Shown piece by piece: positions 10,634 through 20,372 of a DNA stretch of 64,000 nucleotides. The notes beneath the pieces were generated by a model. It was given only the letters and a program-made list of their open reading frames with translations. It searched no databases and was not told where the DNA came from. The DNA is taken from contig JAKFCT010000091.1 of NCBI GenBank assembly GCA_036676495.1, forward strand, positions 1 to 64,000. The letters run 5' to 3'. Position 1 is the stretch's first letter; each line of letters opens with the position of its first letter. The stretch is from Candidatus Sericytochromatia bacterium. Lineage in GTDB: Bacteria > Cyanobacteriota > Sericytochromatia > S15B-MN24 > UBA4093. Position numbers and translations under genes: made by a program.

Positions 10634-11305
10634 ATGCATGACATGACCCCGTCCTCGACGATTCGCCTGGCGATCGTCGAGGACGACGATCTCTTCCGCG
10701 ACCTCATGCGCGTGGCCCTGGCCGCGCTTCCCGGGGTGACGGTGATCGCCGATTACGCCGATCCGGACCGCGCCCTGGCCGAGCTCCCCGGCCTCGCCCC
10801 CGATGTCCTCTTGCTGGACATCGACCTCGGACGCGGCCGGAACGGCATTCACCTGGGCATGGAGCTTCGGCGCGTGCTGCCCCGGGTGGGCGTGCTCCTC
10901 TTTTCCAACCACCGGGATCCCGCCTTCCTGGGGGCGGTTCCTTCCGATCAGCTCGCCGGGTGGTCGTACTTGCTGAAGACCTCGGTGCGGGACGTGGCCA
11001 CGCTGGAGCGGGCGATTCGAGGCTCGGCCATGGGCTACGTCACGCTGGACCCGCGGCTCGCGGCGGCCGATCCCTCCCGTGAAGCCCAGCAGGCGGGGCT
11101 GACCGAGCGGCAACTGAGCTTGATTCAGCTCTTGGCGCAGGGCTACAGCAACAAGGCGATCGCCCAGCAGCTCTTCCTCGCCGAAAAGACCGTCGAGAAC
11201 CAGCTCGGAATGCTCTACCGCCAGCTGGGGATCGACACGGCCGATACGGGAGCCCATCCCCGGGTGCAGGCGACCCTTCAGTTCCTCCGCTGGCTCAGCG
11301 ACTGA
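10634..11305 (+). CDS. NarL/LuxR-family response regulator
   Basis: IVEDDDLFR...PDVLLLDIDL...YLLK receiver; LTERQLSLIQLLAQGYSNKAIAQQLFLAEKTVEN HTH. Start 10634 or 10643. Confidence 0.92.
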   Translation: MHDMTPSSTIRLAIVEDDDLFRDLMRVALAALPGVTVIADYADPDRALAELPGLAPDVLLLDIDLGRGRNGIHLGMELRRVLPRVGVLLFSNHRDPAFLGAVPSDQLAGWSYLLKTSVRDVATLERAIRGSAMGYVTLDPRLAAADPSREAQQAGLTERQLSLIQLLAQGYSNKAIAQQLFLAEKTVENQLGMLYRQLGIDTADTGAHPRVQATLQFLRWLSD

Positions 11306-12402
11306 GTCCCTGACGTTTCCGGCAGGAGGACGCGGATGCCCGCGCCTTCCTCGCCGTCCTGAAGCTGCCACGTGCCGTCGAGCATCGCCACCCGGGCTTC
11401 GAGCAGGGCGAGCTGACCGTCCCGGCGGGCGCGCCGGAAGTCGAAGGCTTCCCGGGCTCCCACGACCTCCAGCACGACGCTTCCGGCCTCGTCCGAAAGG
11501 CGCATGGTCACGGGCTGAACGGCATCCGAAGCGGCGAGCGCGAGGAGCAGTTCCGCGCTCCGGTAGAGCGTGAGCCGTAGCGTCCCCGAGACGCGCTCCA
11601 GCAGGGCGGCGTCCGCTTCCAGCATGACGGTGAAGCGGTCGCGGTAGCGACGGACGAGCCCGCGCAAGGCGGCCTGCAGGCCGATGTCGATGATCGAGGG
11701 ATGGGTCAGGTGGCTCAGATGCCGGATCTCGGCGTCGCGGAGGCGGTCGAGGCGATCGCAAAGGTCTCCGAGCACGTCATCGCTCACGTCCGGGCGTCCC
11801 GTCGGCTTGAGCGCCGCATGGATGGCTGTCAGTTCGGGCTCCACCCGCTCGGTCATGATGCGGTGAAGCTCGTCGCGCCGGCGGTTCCGGGCATGGATCC
11901 AGGCCTCTCGCGACTCGAAGAGCGTGTGCACGGCAACGAGGCTCTCCGTGCGCTTGATGAGCGCCCTGCGCTCGTAGCGCGTCTGTAAGTCCATGACGAC
12001 GGCCACCAGCAGGGCCCCGTAGGTGCAAAGCCCCAGTTCGGCATTGACGAGCCATGCCGAGGCGGAGTCCCCTTCGATGGCGAGCATCATCCGGCCGCGC
12101 AGTCCTCCGATGCCGAGCCCCGCGAGCCCGAAGCCCCCGAGGTAGAGCGCCCAGTTCGTCAGCTTCGGCTCGGAGGGGTTCCAGCCGGCACGTTCCAGGC
12201 GCTTGAAGATCTCGAGGGTCCCGATCATGAGGGCCATGGCGGCGAGGCTCGTGGCGATCGGCAGCGCGACGGCCAGGACGGGAGGGACGACCTGGTTCAC
12301 GAACGCGACGAGGGAGCTCGCGACGGTGATGGACCCGAGGATCAGGCCGGTGAGCCAGGCGAAGAGACGGCGGCTGGGAAGGACGGGGCCCCGAGCGATC
12401 AT
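11278..12402 (-). CDS. Membrane protein with degenerate HisKA_3/HATPase-like domains (pseudokinase)
   Basis: About four TM segments; EIRHLSHLTHPSIIDIGLQAAL and LEARVAMLDGTWQL resemble NarX-type kinases, but N and G boxes are absent. Confidence 0.7.
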   Translation of the reverse strand: MIARGPVLPSRRLFAWLTGLILGSITVASSLVAFVNQVVPPVLAVALPIATSLAAMALMIGTLEIFKRLERAGWNPSEPKLTNWALYLGGFGLAGLGIGGLRGRMMLAIEGDSASAWLVNAELGLCTYGALLVAVVMDLQTRYERRALIKRTESLVAVHTLFESREAWIHARNRRRDELHRIMTERVEPELTAIHAALKPTGRPDVSDDVLGDLCDRLDRLRDAEIRHLSHLTHPSIIDIGLQAALRGLVRRYRDRFTVMLEADAALLERVSGTLRLTLYRSAELLLALAASDAVQPVTMRLSDEAGSVVLEVVGAREAFDFRRARRDGQLALLEARVAMLDGTWQLQDGEEGAGIRVLLPETSGTQSLSQRRN

Positions 12403-13526
12403 GCGGCCTCCAATTCACTGGCCGAATGGAGCGGGAGGGTGAGCGTGAGGCAGGTGCCGTGGCCGGGAGCGGTGTCGAGATGCCAGCGGCCTCCCAGCGC
12501 TTGTAGCGTGTCACCCAGCCCCGAGAGCCCCAGCCCCTTGGTATGGGCGCCGGGCTCGAAGCCGAGACCGTCGTCCCGCACCTCGACCGTGAGGGCGCCC
12601 GGTCGGGGCGACGTGAGGCTTACCGTGACGCGGGAGGCCTCGGCATGCCGAAACGCGTTGAGCAGCCCCTCTGCCACCATGTCCTGAGCGGCGGCGCGCA
12701 GCGCGTCACTGAGGTCGGCTTCCCGCTCACGCCCTTCGGGGCTCAGCTCCATGGAGACCGGAAGGACGGCCCGAAAGCGCTCGAGCAGCTCGTCGATGCA
12801 TTCCGAGAGGAGGCGATTGGGGATGCCCATGAGGAGTCGGGCATGCCCGAGACTGTCTTGCCGCAACGTCGACAGCTGGGCGCGGGCGTCCTCGATCAGC
12901 GCCCGGCGCTGTTCGGGGGCGCTGCGGGCCTGATCCAGAAGGGCCCAGGCGATGAGCAGGCGGGACTGGATCTCTCCGTGGAGGTATTCGGCGGCTTCCC
13001 GGCGCAGCGCGTCATCCGTGCGCACCAGGCGGGAGCGAGACTCGGCCAGCTCCCGCCGAAGGCGCGCGCGTTCCCGCTGCCAGTCGTCATGGAAGACGAT
13101 CCGTGCGACCAGGGCTTCCATGCCGGCGATCGAGATGCCCAGGGACACCACCATGCTGCCAGCGAGCGAGCGGAGAATTTCGGGCGGCAGCGCCACCCCG
13201 GTGGCCCAGGGCGTGAGCAGCGAGCGGAGGAGGGCGGCCGCCAGGGCGAGCCCGCCGTAGACGCCCCCGAAGAGCCACCAGTCCCGCGCGGGACTGCCGC
13301 GACCCAGGAGGGGCCTCAGGATCGGGGGAGCGGCGAGCATGAGCAGGCTGAGCGTGAAGCTGAGCAGCCCCCAGCGGAATGCCACGTCCGGAGGTTGCTC
13401 GCCGAAGAGCCCGCAAAGGACGTGGTAGACGCATAAGAGCCCGATCTGAGGTGCGAAGAAGTACACGGCCCACCGCGGTAGTGGCGCCGGGGGGCGGTGG
13501 GGGAATCGGGGGGCGGGCTCATGCAT
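12399..13526 (-). CDS. Membrane sensor histidine kinase (HisKA_3 type)
   Basis: H box AAEYLHGEIQ, N box EGLLNAFRHA, G1 VRDDGLGF, G2 GLGLSGL, GHGT; about four TM segments. Confidence 0.9.
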   Translation of the reverse strand: MHEPAPRFPHRPPAPLPRWAVYFFAPQIGLLCVYHVLCGLFGEQPPDVAFRWGLLSFTLSLLMLAAPPILRPLLGRGSPARDWWLFGGVYGGLALAAALLRSLLTPWATGVALPPEILRSLAGSMVVSLGISIAGMEALVARIVFHDDWQRERARLRRELAESRSRLVRTDDALRREAAEYLHGEIQSRLLIAWALLDQARSAPEQRRALIEDARAQLSTLRQDSLGHARLLMGIPNRLLSECIDELLERFRAVLPVSMELSPEGREREADLSDALRAAAQDMVAEGLLNAFRHAEASRVTVSLTSPRPGALTVEVRDDGLGFEPGAHTKGLGLSGLGDTLQALGGRWHLDTAPGHGTCLTLTLPLHSASELEAA

Positions 13527-13764
13527 GAGGAAGTCATACCCGTGGAAATCGGGGGTTAACCCCTTGTTATCGAGGGGCTTCCCCCCTTGCGACCCTCTAC
13601 CCGTTTCGGATTATGCTGGTGGGATACCCTGTGATGCGCTTGGATCGTTGCGCTTAGCCGTTGGTGCCTTTCACGCCCGACGGCGTCGCTGGCCTGCGCG
13701 TTTGCGTCAGAGGGTCGTCCGCTACCTCGTGCCGCCTTGCGCACGCTCCTCATGAGGTTTCCGA

Positions 13765-15279
13765 ATGAAGCGTTTCCCCGTCCACGCCCTCACGGCTGGC
13801 TCGCTCGTCATGATGGCCGTGCCGGCTGCCGCCTTGCCCCCGCTGGAGTCCACGCCCTTGAACTCGGGTTGGACCGCCGGGGCGATTCGTCTCGCTCCGT
13901 TCCATCTGGATCGCTCGGGCGAAGCGGACGTCTCGGTCCGCCAGTCCTTCGACCAGTTCGCCACCATGCAGGGACCGAGCACGGCGTTCAGCCTTCAGCT
14001 CCGGGCCCATGACCGCGTCCTGCTTTACGCGGATTACGGCAAGCTGACGCAGCTGGGGCTGCGCGGTCCCCTTGCCGGCCTCGAGGGCATCGGCCTGGGC
14101 TGGGACGCGGCCCTGCGCCATGACACCTACATGCTCAGCCAGACGGGCGCGCAGCTGCTGGTGCCCTTCACGCACCTGGACGCCGTGGGCTGGGGGGGCG
14201 ATTTCCGCCTCAACGGCAAGTCCACGCTGGGGGGCCTCAACCTCTACTACGGCCCGTTGCTCTCGGTCATGAGCAACCGCTGGGGCATGGGCCTCGAGGC
14301 GGGCGTCGAAGTCGACCTGGCCGGCTGGGTGCTCGGCGCCAACGCGGGCGCGCGCTATCACTTCGGCCTGCAGGACGCGCCGGCCTATTCCTACGTCATG
14401 CAGCCCTTCGAGGACGTGATCGGCCTCGGCGTGCGCAAGGCGCTGACCGACACCCTGGAGGCCAACGCGTCCTTCCAGTGGCAGCCCGACAACGCTTACG
14501 GCATGTGGAACCGCTCGTACACGGCCGGCGTCTCCTATCGCATGGCGAAACCGGCCATTGCGCCCGAGCCCGCCCCCACTCCGACGCCCGAGCCGACCCC
14601 CGCCCCGGTGGCGACTCCCGCCCCGGCGGCGACTCCCGCTCCGGCGGCGACTCCCGCCCCCGCGAAGGCTCCCGAGAAGCAGACCCTCATGCTGGCCGGC
14701 CGGATCTACTCGTCGCTAGGCACCCTCGAGGCTCCGGTCACGGTCCGGCTGAAGCGCCGCCTCCCGGGCGAGAAGGGCTTCGTGACGAGCCCCGAGACCC
14801 TCCGGGCGAATGCCGACGGCAGCTTCCTCTTCACCGATCTGAAGCCCGGCGAGTACCAGGTCTTCTTCAAGGACGACTCGGGCGATCAGACCCTGGTGGA
14901 CTACGCCCTGGCCGATGCGACGCCTCCGGGCCCCGAGGGGAAGGTGCCGGTGGTGGAGCTGGACGTGGCATGGCGCGGGTTCGATGCGCAGGTGACGGAC
15001 GGCACGATGGTTCAGGTGAACTGGTCGGCCAAGCCCGGCTTGACCGGGGCCATTTACCAGGGCCTCGTGCGGGGCAGCGTCGCGGGCGCGCCCGTGGACT
15101 TCACGAATTTCCCCGAGACCCCTGCGGACGTCACCTCCGGCCGCTTCGGCGTGACGTCCGGCATGGAGCAGGCGAACCCGCTCACCGTCGTGATCAAGTA
15201 CTGGAAGCCCGGCAACGCCTTCGCCGGATCGGGCTACTACGGCCAGTCCAAGCCCATCCTTCCCCGGCGCGCTCAGTAA
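13765..15279 (+). CDS. Exported protein: possible beta-barrel N-domain, Pro/Ala/Thr linker, prealbumin/Ig-like C-domains
   Basis: Signal peptide; alternating aromatic/Gly strands ending YTAGVSYR; (ATPAPA)n linker; ADGSFLFTDLKPGEYQV motif. Confidence 0.55.
   Translation: MKRFPVHALTAGSLVMMAVPAAALPPLESTPLNSGWTAGAIRLAPFHLDRSGEADVSVRQSFDQFATMQGPSTAFSLQLRAHDRVLLYADYGKLTQLGLRGPLAGLEGIGLGWDAALRHDTYMLSQTGAQLLVPFTHLDAVGWGGDFRLNGKSTLGGLNLYYGPLLSVMSNRWGMGLEAGVEVDLAGWVLGANAGARYHFGLQDAPAYSYVMQPFEDVIGLGVRKALTDTLEANASFQWQPDNAYGMWNRSYTAGVSYRMAKPAIAPEPAPTPTPEPTPAPVATPAPAATPAPAATPAPAKAPEKQTLMLAGRIYSSLGTLEAPVTVRLKRRLPGEKGFVTSPETLRANADGSFLFTDLKPGEYQVFFKDDSGDQTLVDYALADATPPGPEGKVPVVELDVAWRGFDAQVTDGTMVQVNWSAKPGLTGAIYQGLVRGSVAGAPVDFTNFPETPADVTSGRFGVTSGMEQANPLTVVIKYWKPGNAFAGSGYYGQSKPILPRRAQ
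14611..14664 (+). repeat. 18-bp coding tandem repeat x3 (ATPAPA)
   Basis: GCGACTCCCGCCCCGGCG and two near-identical copies. Confidence 0.85.
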
Positions 15280-15291
15280 GGAGAGCCATTC

Positions 15292-15897
15292 ATGCGTAAT
15301 TTGATCGGGGTGCTGACGGCCGCCACGGTGCTGGCCGGTTGCACCGCTTACTCCACCTTCGATCCCCTTCAGACCTCGGGGGCGCTCTTGACCACCGAAG
15401 GGGCCTTGACCGTGAAGGCCAAGTTCGTGCCCGGCGGTTACACGACCCCGACCCCCGAGCCGGTTCTCGAGGGCTACCGCACGGCGGCCGTCATCCCCAA
15501 CCACACGGCGGTCTCCGTCGATCACCTGAAGGTCCGTCTCTTCAGCGTGGAGGGCGAGATCGAGACTGCGCTATCGGATGCGAGCGGCGCGGCCCTGGTC
15601 AAGGCCGTGACGGCGGCCGACGCCGAAAAGGGCGTGGTCCTGGGCGGTCTGAAGATCGGAAAGGCCTACCGCCTCAAGGCATCGGCGTATCCGTCCGCCG
15701 ACGCCACGGAGTCGATCTCGGCCGAGTCCACCGTGGACTTCAAGCTGGACAAGCTCAAGCCCATGGCCGAGCTCAATGTCCAGCTCACGGACGTGTCCTT
15801 CAACGGGGTGATCATGCCGGTCATCGAGATCATGCCCAGCGCCGAGCTGATCCATGACGGCCAGCCGATCATCGTCGAAACGCCGCAGCCGGTCTAA
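15292..15897 (+). CDS. Lipoprotein of unknown function (paralogous beta-rich domain)
   Basis: Lipobox LAGC; AGGAG RBS; shares motifs with the next two genes. Confidence 0.75.
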   Translation: MRNLIGVLTAATVLAGCTAYSTFDPLQTSGALLTTEGALTVKAKFVPGGYTTPTPEPVLEGYRTAAVIPNHTAVSVDHLKVRLFSVEGEIETALSDASGAALVKAVTAADAEKGVVLGGLKIGKAYRLKASAYPSADATESISAESTVDFKLDKLKPMAELNVQLTDVSFNGVIMPVIEIMPSAELIHDGQPIIVETPQPV

Positions 15898-15907
15898 GGG
15901 GGAAGTC

Positions 15908-17710
15908 ATGCAGAAGTTTACGCTCAGCCTTACGCTTTCGGTCGGCATCGCCCTCGTCGGCTGCGCCAGCTTGGCGCCCCTCACGCTGCCCCCCGAAACG
16001 CGCGCGCCCCAGGCCAAGCAGGCCTTCGAGCCGGGAGACCTGGTGCTGCGCCTGCGGATCGGCGATTCGCGGACCCTCCAGGCGGCCGGCGACTCCGTGT
16101 CGATCTACAACCTCGGCGATATCGCGACGCTGGTGATCACCCCCTTCGTGAAGGTGGGCGACGATTTCGTGCCGATGAGCGCGACGGGCAAGCCGACCAC
16201 CGAGGAGGCGACCGATCGGCTCACGATCGAGACCTCGGACCCCCACCAGAACACCTTCGTCTTGAAGAACCTGCCCCCGAACCAGACGTACCGCTTCCAG
16301 GCACGGGCCTACGACGCGGATCGCAACCTGATCTCGAAGGACGACGGCAGCACGACCGACGTGACGTTCACCAACCGCCCCTACGAATCCGCGACCGACA
16401 TCCAGTTGAGGCTCAAGGACAAGCCCTTCTCGGCCACGGCGAAGGCGCAGATCCGCTTCTCGGCGGAGGGGATGGGCTCCACGAGCCGTCTGCTGGCCAC
16501 GCTTTACAAGAAGGGCACTCCCAACGTTCAGGTCGGGCAAACGGTCGAGATCACCAAGGCCGAGTTCGGCACGGGGCGCACGCTCGCGCTGGGGGGGCTG
16601 GCCCATGGCGTCACCTACCTGCTCAAGGTAGAGGCGCAGCGGGCCGACGAGGTGGCGGTTGGGACCGGGAGCCTCGAATGGACCGTCGGGACCGAGACCG
16701 ATCTGGGCCAGAAGACGCTGACGCTGGTCGTCGAAGCCCAGTCCAGGACCTACGCGGGCGGGGTGCGCGGCTACCAGGATGGGCCGCTCGCGACGGCGCA
16801 GTTCAACGCGCCGACGGGGCTCGTGCGCGGAACGGACGGCAAGATCTACGTCGCGGAGTACTCCACTAACCGCATCCGGGTGATCGACCCGGTCGCCGAA
16901 ACGGTCGGAACGCTCGCGGGTTCCGGATCCTGGGCGGATCAGGATGGCCAGGGGGATCAGGCGGCGTTCAGGTCGCCATGGGGCATCACCTCGGATACGC
17001 TGGGCAACCTCTTCGTGACCAGCTACGCGGGCCATAACATTCGCAAGGTTACCTTGGCCGGCCTCTCCTCGCTCTTCGCGGGATCCGTTCAGGGGCACAA
17101 GGACGGTGCGGCGCTCGCGGCGCGCTTCTACCAGCCGACCTCCCTCGCCTTCGACTCGCAGGGCGTGCTCTACGTGAGCGACTTCATCAATCACCGGATC
17201 CGGGCGATCGCCAACGGCCAGGTAACGACCCTGGCGGGCCCCCCGGAAGGCACGGCGGGAACGGTCAGCGGCTTCGCGGATGGCACCGGCTCCGAGGCCC
17301 GCTTCGACCTGCCTCGCCACCTCTGCGTCTGGAACGACGAGATCTACGTGGCGGACACCGCGAACCGCCGGATCCGGAAGGTCACGAACCAGGGAGTCGT
17401 GACCACGTTCGCGGGAACCGGAGAGACCGGGGCGCAGGATGGGGCGCGCGCGAGCGCGACGTTCACGAATCCGTGGGCGATCGCGGTCCAGGACGGGGTC
17501 TTCTACGTCTCGGACGGCTCCCGGATCCGGAGGATCGGCACGGATGGCCAGGTGAAGACCTTGGCCGGGGGAGCGAACCGTGGCGCCCAGGACGGTGCCG
17601 GCTCTCAGGCCAGCTTCTACTACGTCCACAGCATCCTGCCCATGCCGGATGGTTCGTTGCTGCTGGCGGATACCGATAATCACCGGATCCGCAAGCTCTT
17701 CCTCCCCTAG
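15908..17710 (+). CDS. Lipoprotein with N-terminal beta-rich domains and C-terminal NHL-repeat beta-propeller
   Basis: Lipobox LVGC; six repeats of type DG...A.F..P.GL...G.IYVAD..N.RIR.I. Confidence 0.88.
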   Translation: MQKFTLSLTLSVGIALVGCASLAPLTLPPETRAPQAKQAFEPGDLVLRLRIGDSRTLQAAGDSVSIYNLGDIATLVITPFVKVGDDFVPMSATGKPTTEEATDRLTIETSDPHQNTFVLKNLPPNQTYRFQARAYDADRNLISKDDGSTTDVTFTNRPYESATDIQLRLKDKPFSATAKAQIRFSAEGMGSTSRLLATLYKKGTPNVQVGQTVEITKAEFGTGRTLALGGLAHGVTYLLKVEAQRADEVAVGTGSLEWTVGTETDLGQKTLTLVVEAQSRTYAGGVRGYQDGPLATAQFNAPTGLVRGTDGKIYVAEYSTNRIRVIDPVAETVGTLAGSGSWADQDGQGDQAAFRSPWGITSDTLGNLFVTSYAGHNIRKVTLAGLSSLFAGSVQGHKDGAALAARFYQPTSLAFDSQGVLYVSDFINHRIRAIANGQVTTLAGPPEGTAGTVSGFADGTGSEARFDLPRHLCVWNDEIYVADTANRRIRKVTNQGVVTTFAGTGETGAQDGARASATFTNPWAIAVQDGVFYVSDGSRIRRIGTDGQVKTLAGGANRGAQDGAGSQASFYYVHSILPMPDGSLLLADTDNHRIRKLFLP

Positions 17711-17754
17711 CGCATCGCGGATCGCCATGCATGGCGACCTCTCAAGGAGTTAAC

Positions 17755-18330
17755 GTGAAGAAACGTCTTTCCCTTCTCGCTTCCGGCCTCCTGCTCATGG
17801 GATGCGCCGGGGGGCCTCCGATCGCCACGATCGGCTCGGGGGCGATGCTCGTGCTCGAACCCGAGGTGGTTTCGGGTGGCTACAAGGCGCTGGCCAAGGC
17901 CAGCGTCGAGCCCTACACCGAGGCGAACGTCAATCGCCTGGTGGTGAAGCTTTACACCGTCGCGGACGGCGTCGAGACGGCGGTCGTCGAGAACGGTTCC
18001 CCCGTGATCCGCACCGTCAGCCGGGCGCAGCTCGGTGAACCGGTGATCTTCAGCCGCCTCAAGCCCCATACCACCTACCGCGCCAAGACTGAGGCCTGGG
18101 GCTACGACGATCCGTATTTCCTGACCTCCCTCCCTGACGAGAAGCTGATCAGCACGGAGGATGCCGACTCGACCACCGAGATCGTCGTGACCGACGACGA
18201 CCGTCCCTCCATGGGGAAGCTCAAGGTGCAGCTCAAGGCCCGCCTCTTCAGCGGTCAGACCGACCTCACCGTGCATATCCAGCCGGGTACCCTGATCCCG
18301 GAGGCCACGGAATCCCTGACGCTCGAGTAG
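17755..18330 (+). CDS. Lipoprotein of unknown function (paralogue of 15292)
   Basis: GTG after AAGGAG; lipobox LMGC; VNRLVVKLYTV...LKPHTTYRAKTEAW...VQLKARLFSG. Confidence 0.75.
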   Translation: MKKRLSLLASGLLLMGCAGGPPIATIGSGAMLVLEPEVVSGGYKALAKASVEPYTEANVNRLVVKLYTVADGVETAVVENGSPVIRTVSRAQLGEPVIFSRLKPHTTYRAKTEAWGYDDPYFLTSLPDEKLISTEDADSTTEIVVTDDDRPSMGKLKVQLKARLFSGQTDLTVHIQPGTLIPEATESLTLE

Positions 18331-18364
18331 AGCGCACCTCGCCCTTCCCGTTTTAACCCTCCCT

Positions 18365-18402
18365 TCCCTCTCCCGGCCAGGCCGGGAGAGGGATTCGTTT
18401 TT
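18365..18402 (+). terminator. Probable intrinsic terminator
   Basis: TCCCTCTCCCGGCC-a-GGCCGGGAGAGGGA then TTCGTTTTT. Confidence 0.75.
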
Positions 18403-18644
18403 CGGGTGGGGCGATTTTATTGCTCGGATTTGCCCTTCAATTCAAGCGATTTCTTTGCTATGGGCGCATAATTCGTAATCAATCTGAAATCTTGGCGTCA
18501 TTGCTGCGAAATTTTTCACGGGGAGCGGATCCCGCGCGTCACGACCCTTGGATGGGCGGTGTTTGACGTTTTTTGGGTGGGTAAGCCGTAGGCAGAGGCC
18601 GCAGGTGCAGCCTGAAACGATTGTCATTGTGAAGGAGACTTCTT

Positions 18645-20312
18645 TTGTTTAGAGCCAAATCCTCATTCTTGAAGCTTTCGGGCACGGTCCTCGCCTTGTA
18701 TGGGCTGGCCGGCTGCGCAAGCACCCCGGGAGCCGTGACGCCGGCACCCGGCGTCGACCCGGGCCCGCTCGCGTCCACGACCGAGACGGCCGCCCCCGCC
18801 CCCACCGAGGCCTCCGAGAAGCCCGCCGCGCGCGAGACGCAGCGCTACGGCGCGAAGGCCGTCCCCGGCGAGATCGTGGTCAAGCTGAAGAAGGCCATGG
18901 GCATCCACTCCGTTCCCAACATGATGCGCATGGAGTCGATCGAAGAGCTGGGCAACACCAGCGTTTACAAGGTTCCCGAGGGTCAGAGCGTGGAAGAGGC
19001 CCTCTCCAAGCTGCGCAAGGACCCCAACGTCGTCTACGCGGAGCCCAACTACATCTACCGGGCGTTTGACCTCTCGGCCAAGCGCACCGTGAACGATCCG
19101 AAGTTCAACGAGCTCTGGGGCATGAGCAAGATCCAGGCTCCCCAGGCCTGGGACACCACCACCGGCAAGTCGGACGTCCTCGTCGCGGTCATCGATACCG
19201 GCGTCGACTACAACCACCCCGACCTGCAGGGTCAGGTCGTCAAGGGCCCCGACTTCGGCAACAACGACTCCGATCCGATGGACGACCAGGGCCACGGCAC
19301 CCACGTGGCGGGCACCATCGCCGCGCTGGGCGACAACGGCAAGGGAGTGGTCGGCGTTGCGTACAACACCAAGATCCTCGCCATCAAGGTCCTCGGTTCG
19401 GACGGCTCGGGCGACATGGCGGCGATCGCCAAGGGCGTCCTGAAGGCCCACGAGATGGGCGCCAAGGTCATCAACATGTCCCTCGGCGGCGAGCAGGACG
19501 CGCGGACCATCAAGGACGCCATCGACCAGGTGACCGCCAAGGGCGCCCTGGTGGTCGTGGCCGCCGGCAACGAGAACACCACCCGCAACACCTACCCCGC
19601 CGCCTACCCGAGCGTGCTCTCGGTCGGCGCCACGGACAAGAGCGATCGCCGGGCCTCGTTCTCGAACTACGGCACCTACGTCGACATCGCCGCGCCGGGC
19701 ACCGGCATCCTCTCGACCACCGAGAAGGACTACAAGTCGCATGACGGCACCTCGATGGCTTCCCCGCACGCCGCCGGCGTCGCCGCCCTCCTGCTCGCCC
19801 AGAAGGGCGACCTCACCCCGCAGCAGCTGAAGGCCGTCCTGGAGAATGCCGGCGATCCGACCTCCGGCTTCAAGACCAGCATCAAGCGCCTCAACGCCTC
19901 GAAGGCCCTCGACATGGTCAAGAGCGGCGAGATGCCCGAGCCCAAGCCCGAGCAGCCCACCCAGCCCGACCAGCCGCAGCAGCCTGAGCGTCCCCGTCAG
20001 CCCTACCCGGGCCGTCCGGGCCAGCCCATGCCTTACCCCGGCCAGCCCTACCCCGGTCAGCCGATGCCTGGTCAGCCGATGCCTGGTCAGCCCATGCCTG
20101 GCCGGCCCATGCCTGGTCAGCCCATGCCTGGTCAGCCCTACCCGGGGCAGCCGGGAATGCAGCCCGGCCAGCCCTACCCGGGACCTGGCGGCCGCCCGAT
20201 CTTCGAGCCGGGTCGCCCGATGCCCGGCCAGCCGATGCCGGGACGTCCCATGCCGGGCCGTCAGCCCATGCCCTACCCGGGTCATGGCGGCATGCCCTTC
20301 AACCAGGGCTAA
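18645..20312 (+). CDS. S8 subtilisin/thermitase-like serine protease, lipoprotein, with C-terminal PGQP(M/Y) repeat tail
   Basis: Lipobox LAGC; prodomain ending YAEPNY; triad VAVIDTGVD, HGTHVAG, GTSMASPH; oxyanion AAGN. Confidence 0.95.
   Translation: MFRAKSSFLKLSGTVLALYGLAGCASTPGAVTPAPGVDPGPLASTTETAAPAPTEASEKPAARETQRYGAKAVPGEIVVKLKKAMGIHSVPNMMRMESIEELGNTSVYKVPEGQSVEEALSKLRKDPNVVYAEPNYIYRAFDLSAKRTVNDPKFNELWGMSKIQAPQAWDTTTGKSDVLVAVIDTGVDYNHPDLQGQVVKGPDFGNNDSDPMDDQGHGTHVAGTIAALGDNGKGVVGVAYNTKILAIKVLGSDGSGDMAAIAKGVLKAHEMGAKVINMSLGGEQDARTIKDAIDQVTAKGALVVVAAGNENTTRNTYPAAYPSVLSVGATDKSDRRASFSNYGTYVDIAAPGTGILSTTEKDYKSHDGTSMASPHAAGVAALLLAQKGDLTPQQLKAVLENAGDPTSGFKTSIKRLNASKALDMVKSGEMPEPKPEQPTQPDQPQQPERPRQPYPGRPGQPMPYPGQPYPGQPMPGQPMPGQPMPGRPMPGQPMPGQPYPGQPGMQPGQPYPGPGGRPIFEPGRPMPGQPMPGRPMPGRQPMPYPGHGGMPFNQG
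19999..20282 (+). repeat. 15-bp-unit coding repeats (PGQPM/PGQPY/PGRPM)
   Basis: CAGCC(G/C)ATGCCTGGT-type units repeated in the protease tail. Confidence 0.85.
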
Positions 20313-20324
20313 ACCCCTAGAGAC

Positions 20325-20359
20325 GACGGGGGCGGATCCGATTCGGATCCGCCCCCGTC
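20325..20359. terminator. Perfect hairpin between convergent genes
   Basis: GACGGGGGCGGATCCG-att-CGGATCCGCCCCCGTC. Confidence 0.7.
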
Positions 20360-20372
20360 TCGATCATGGCGC

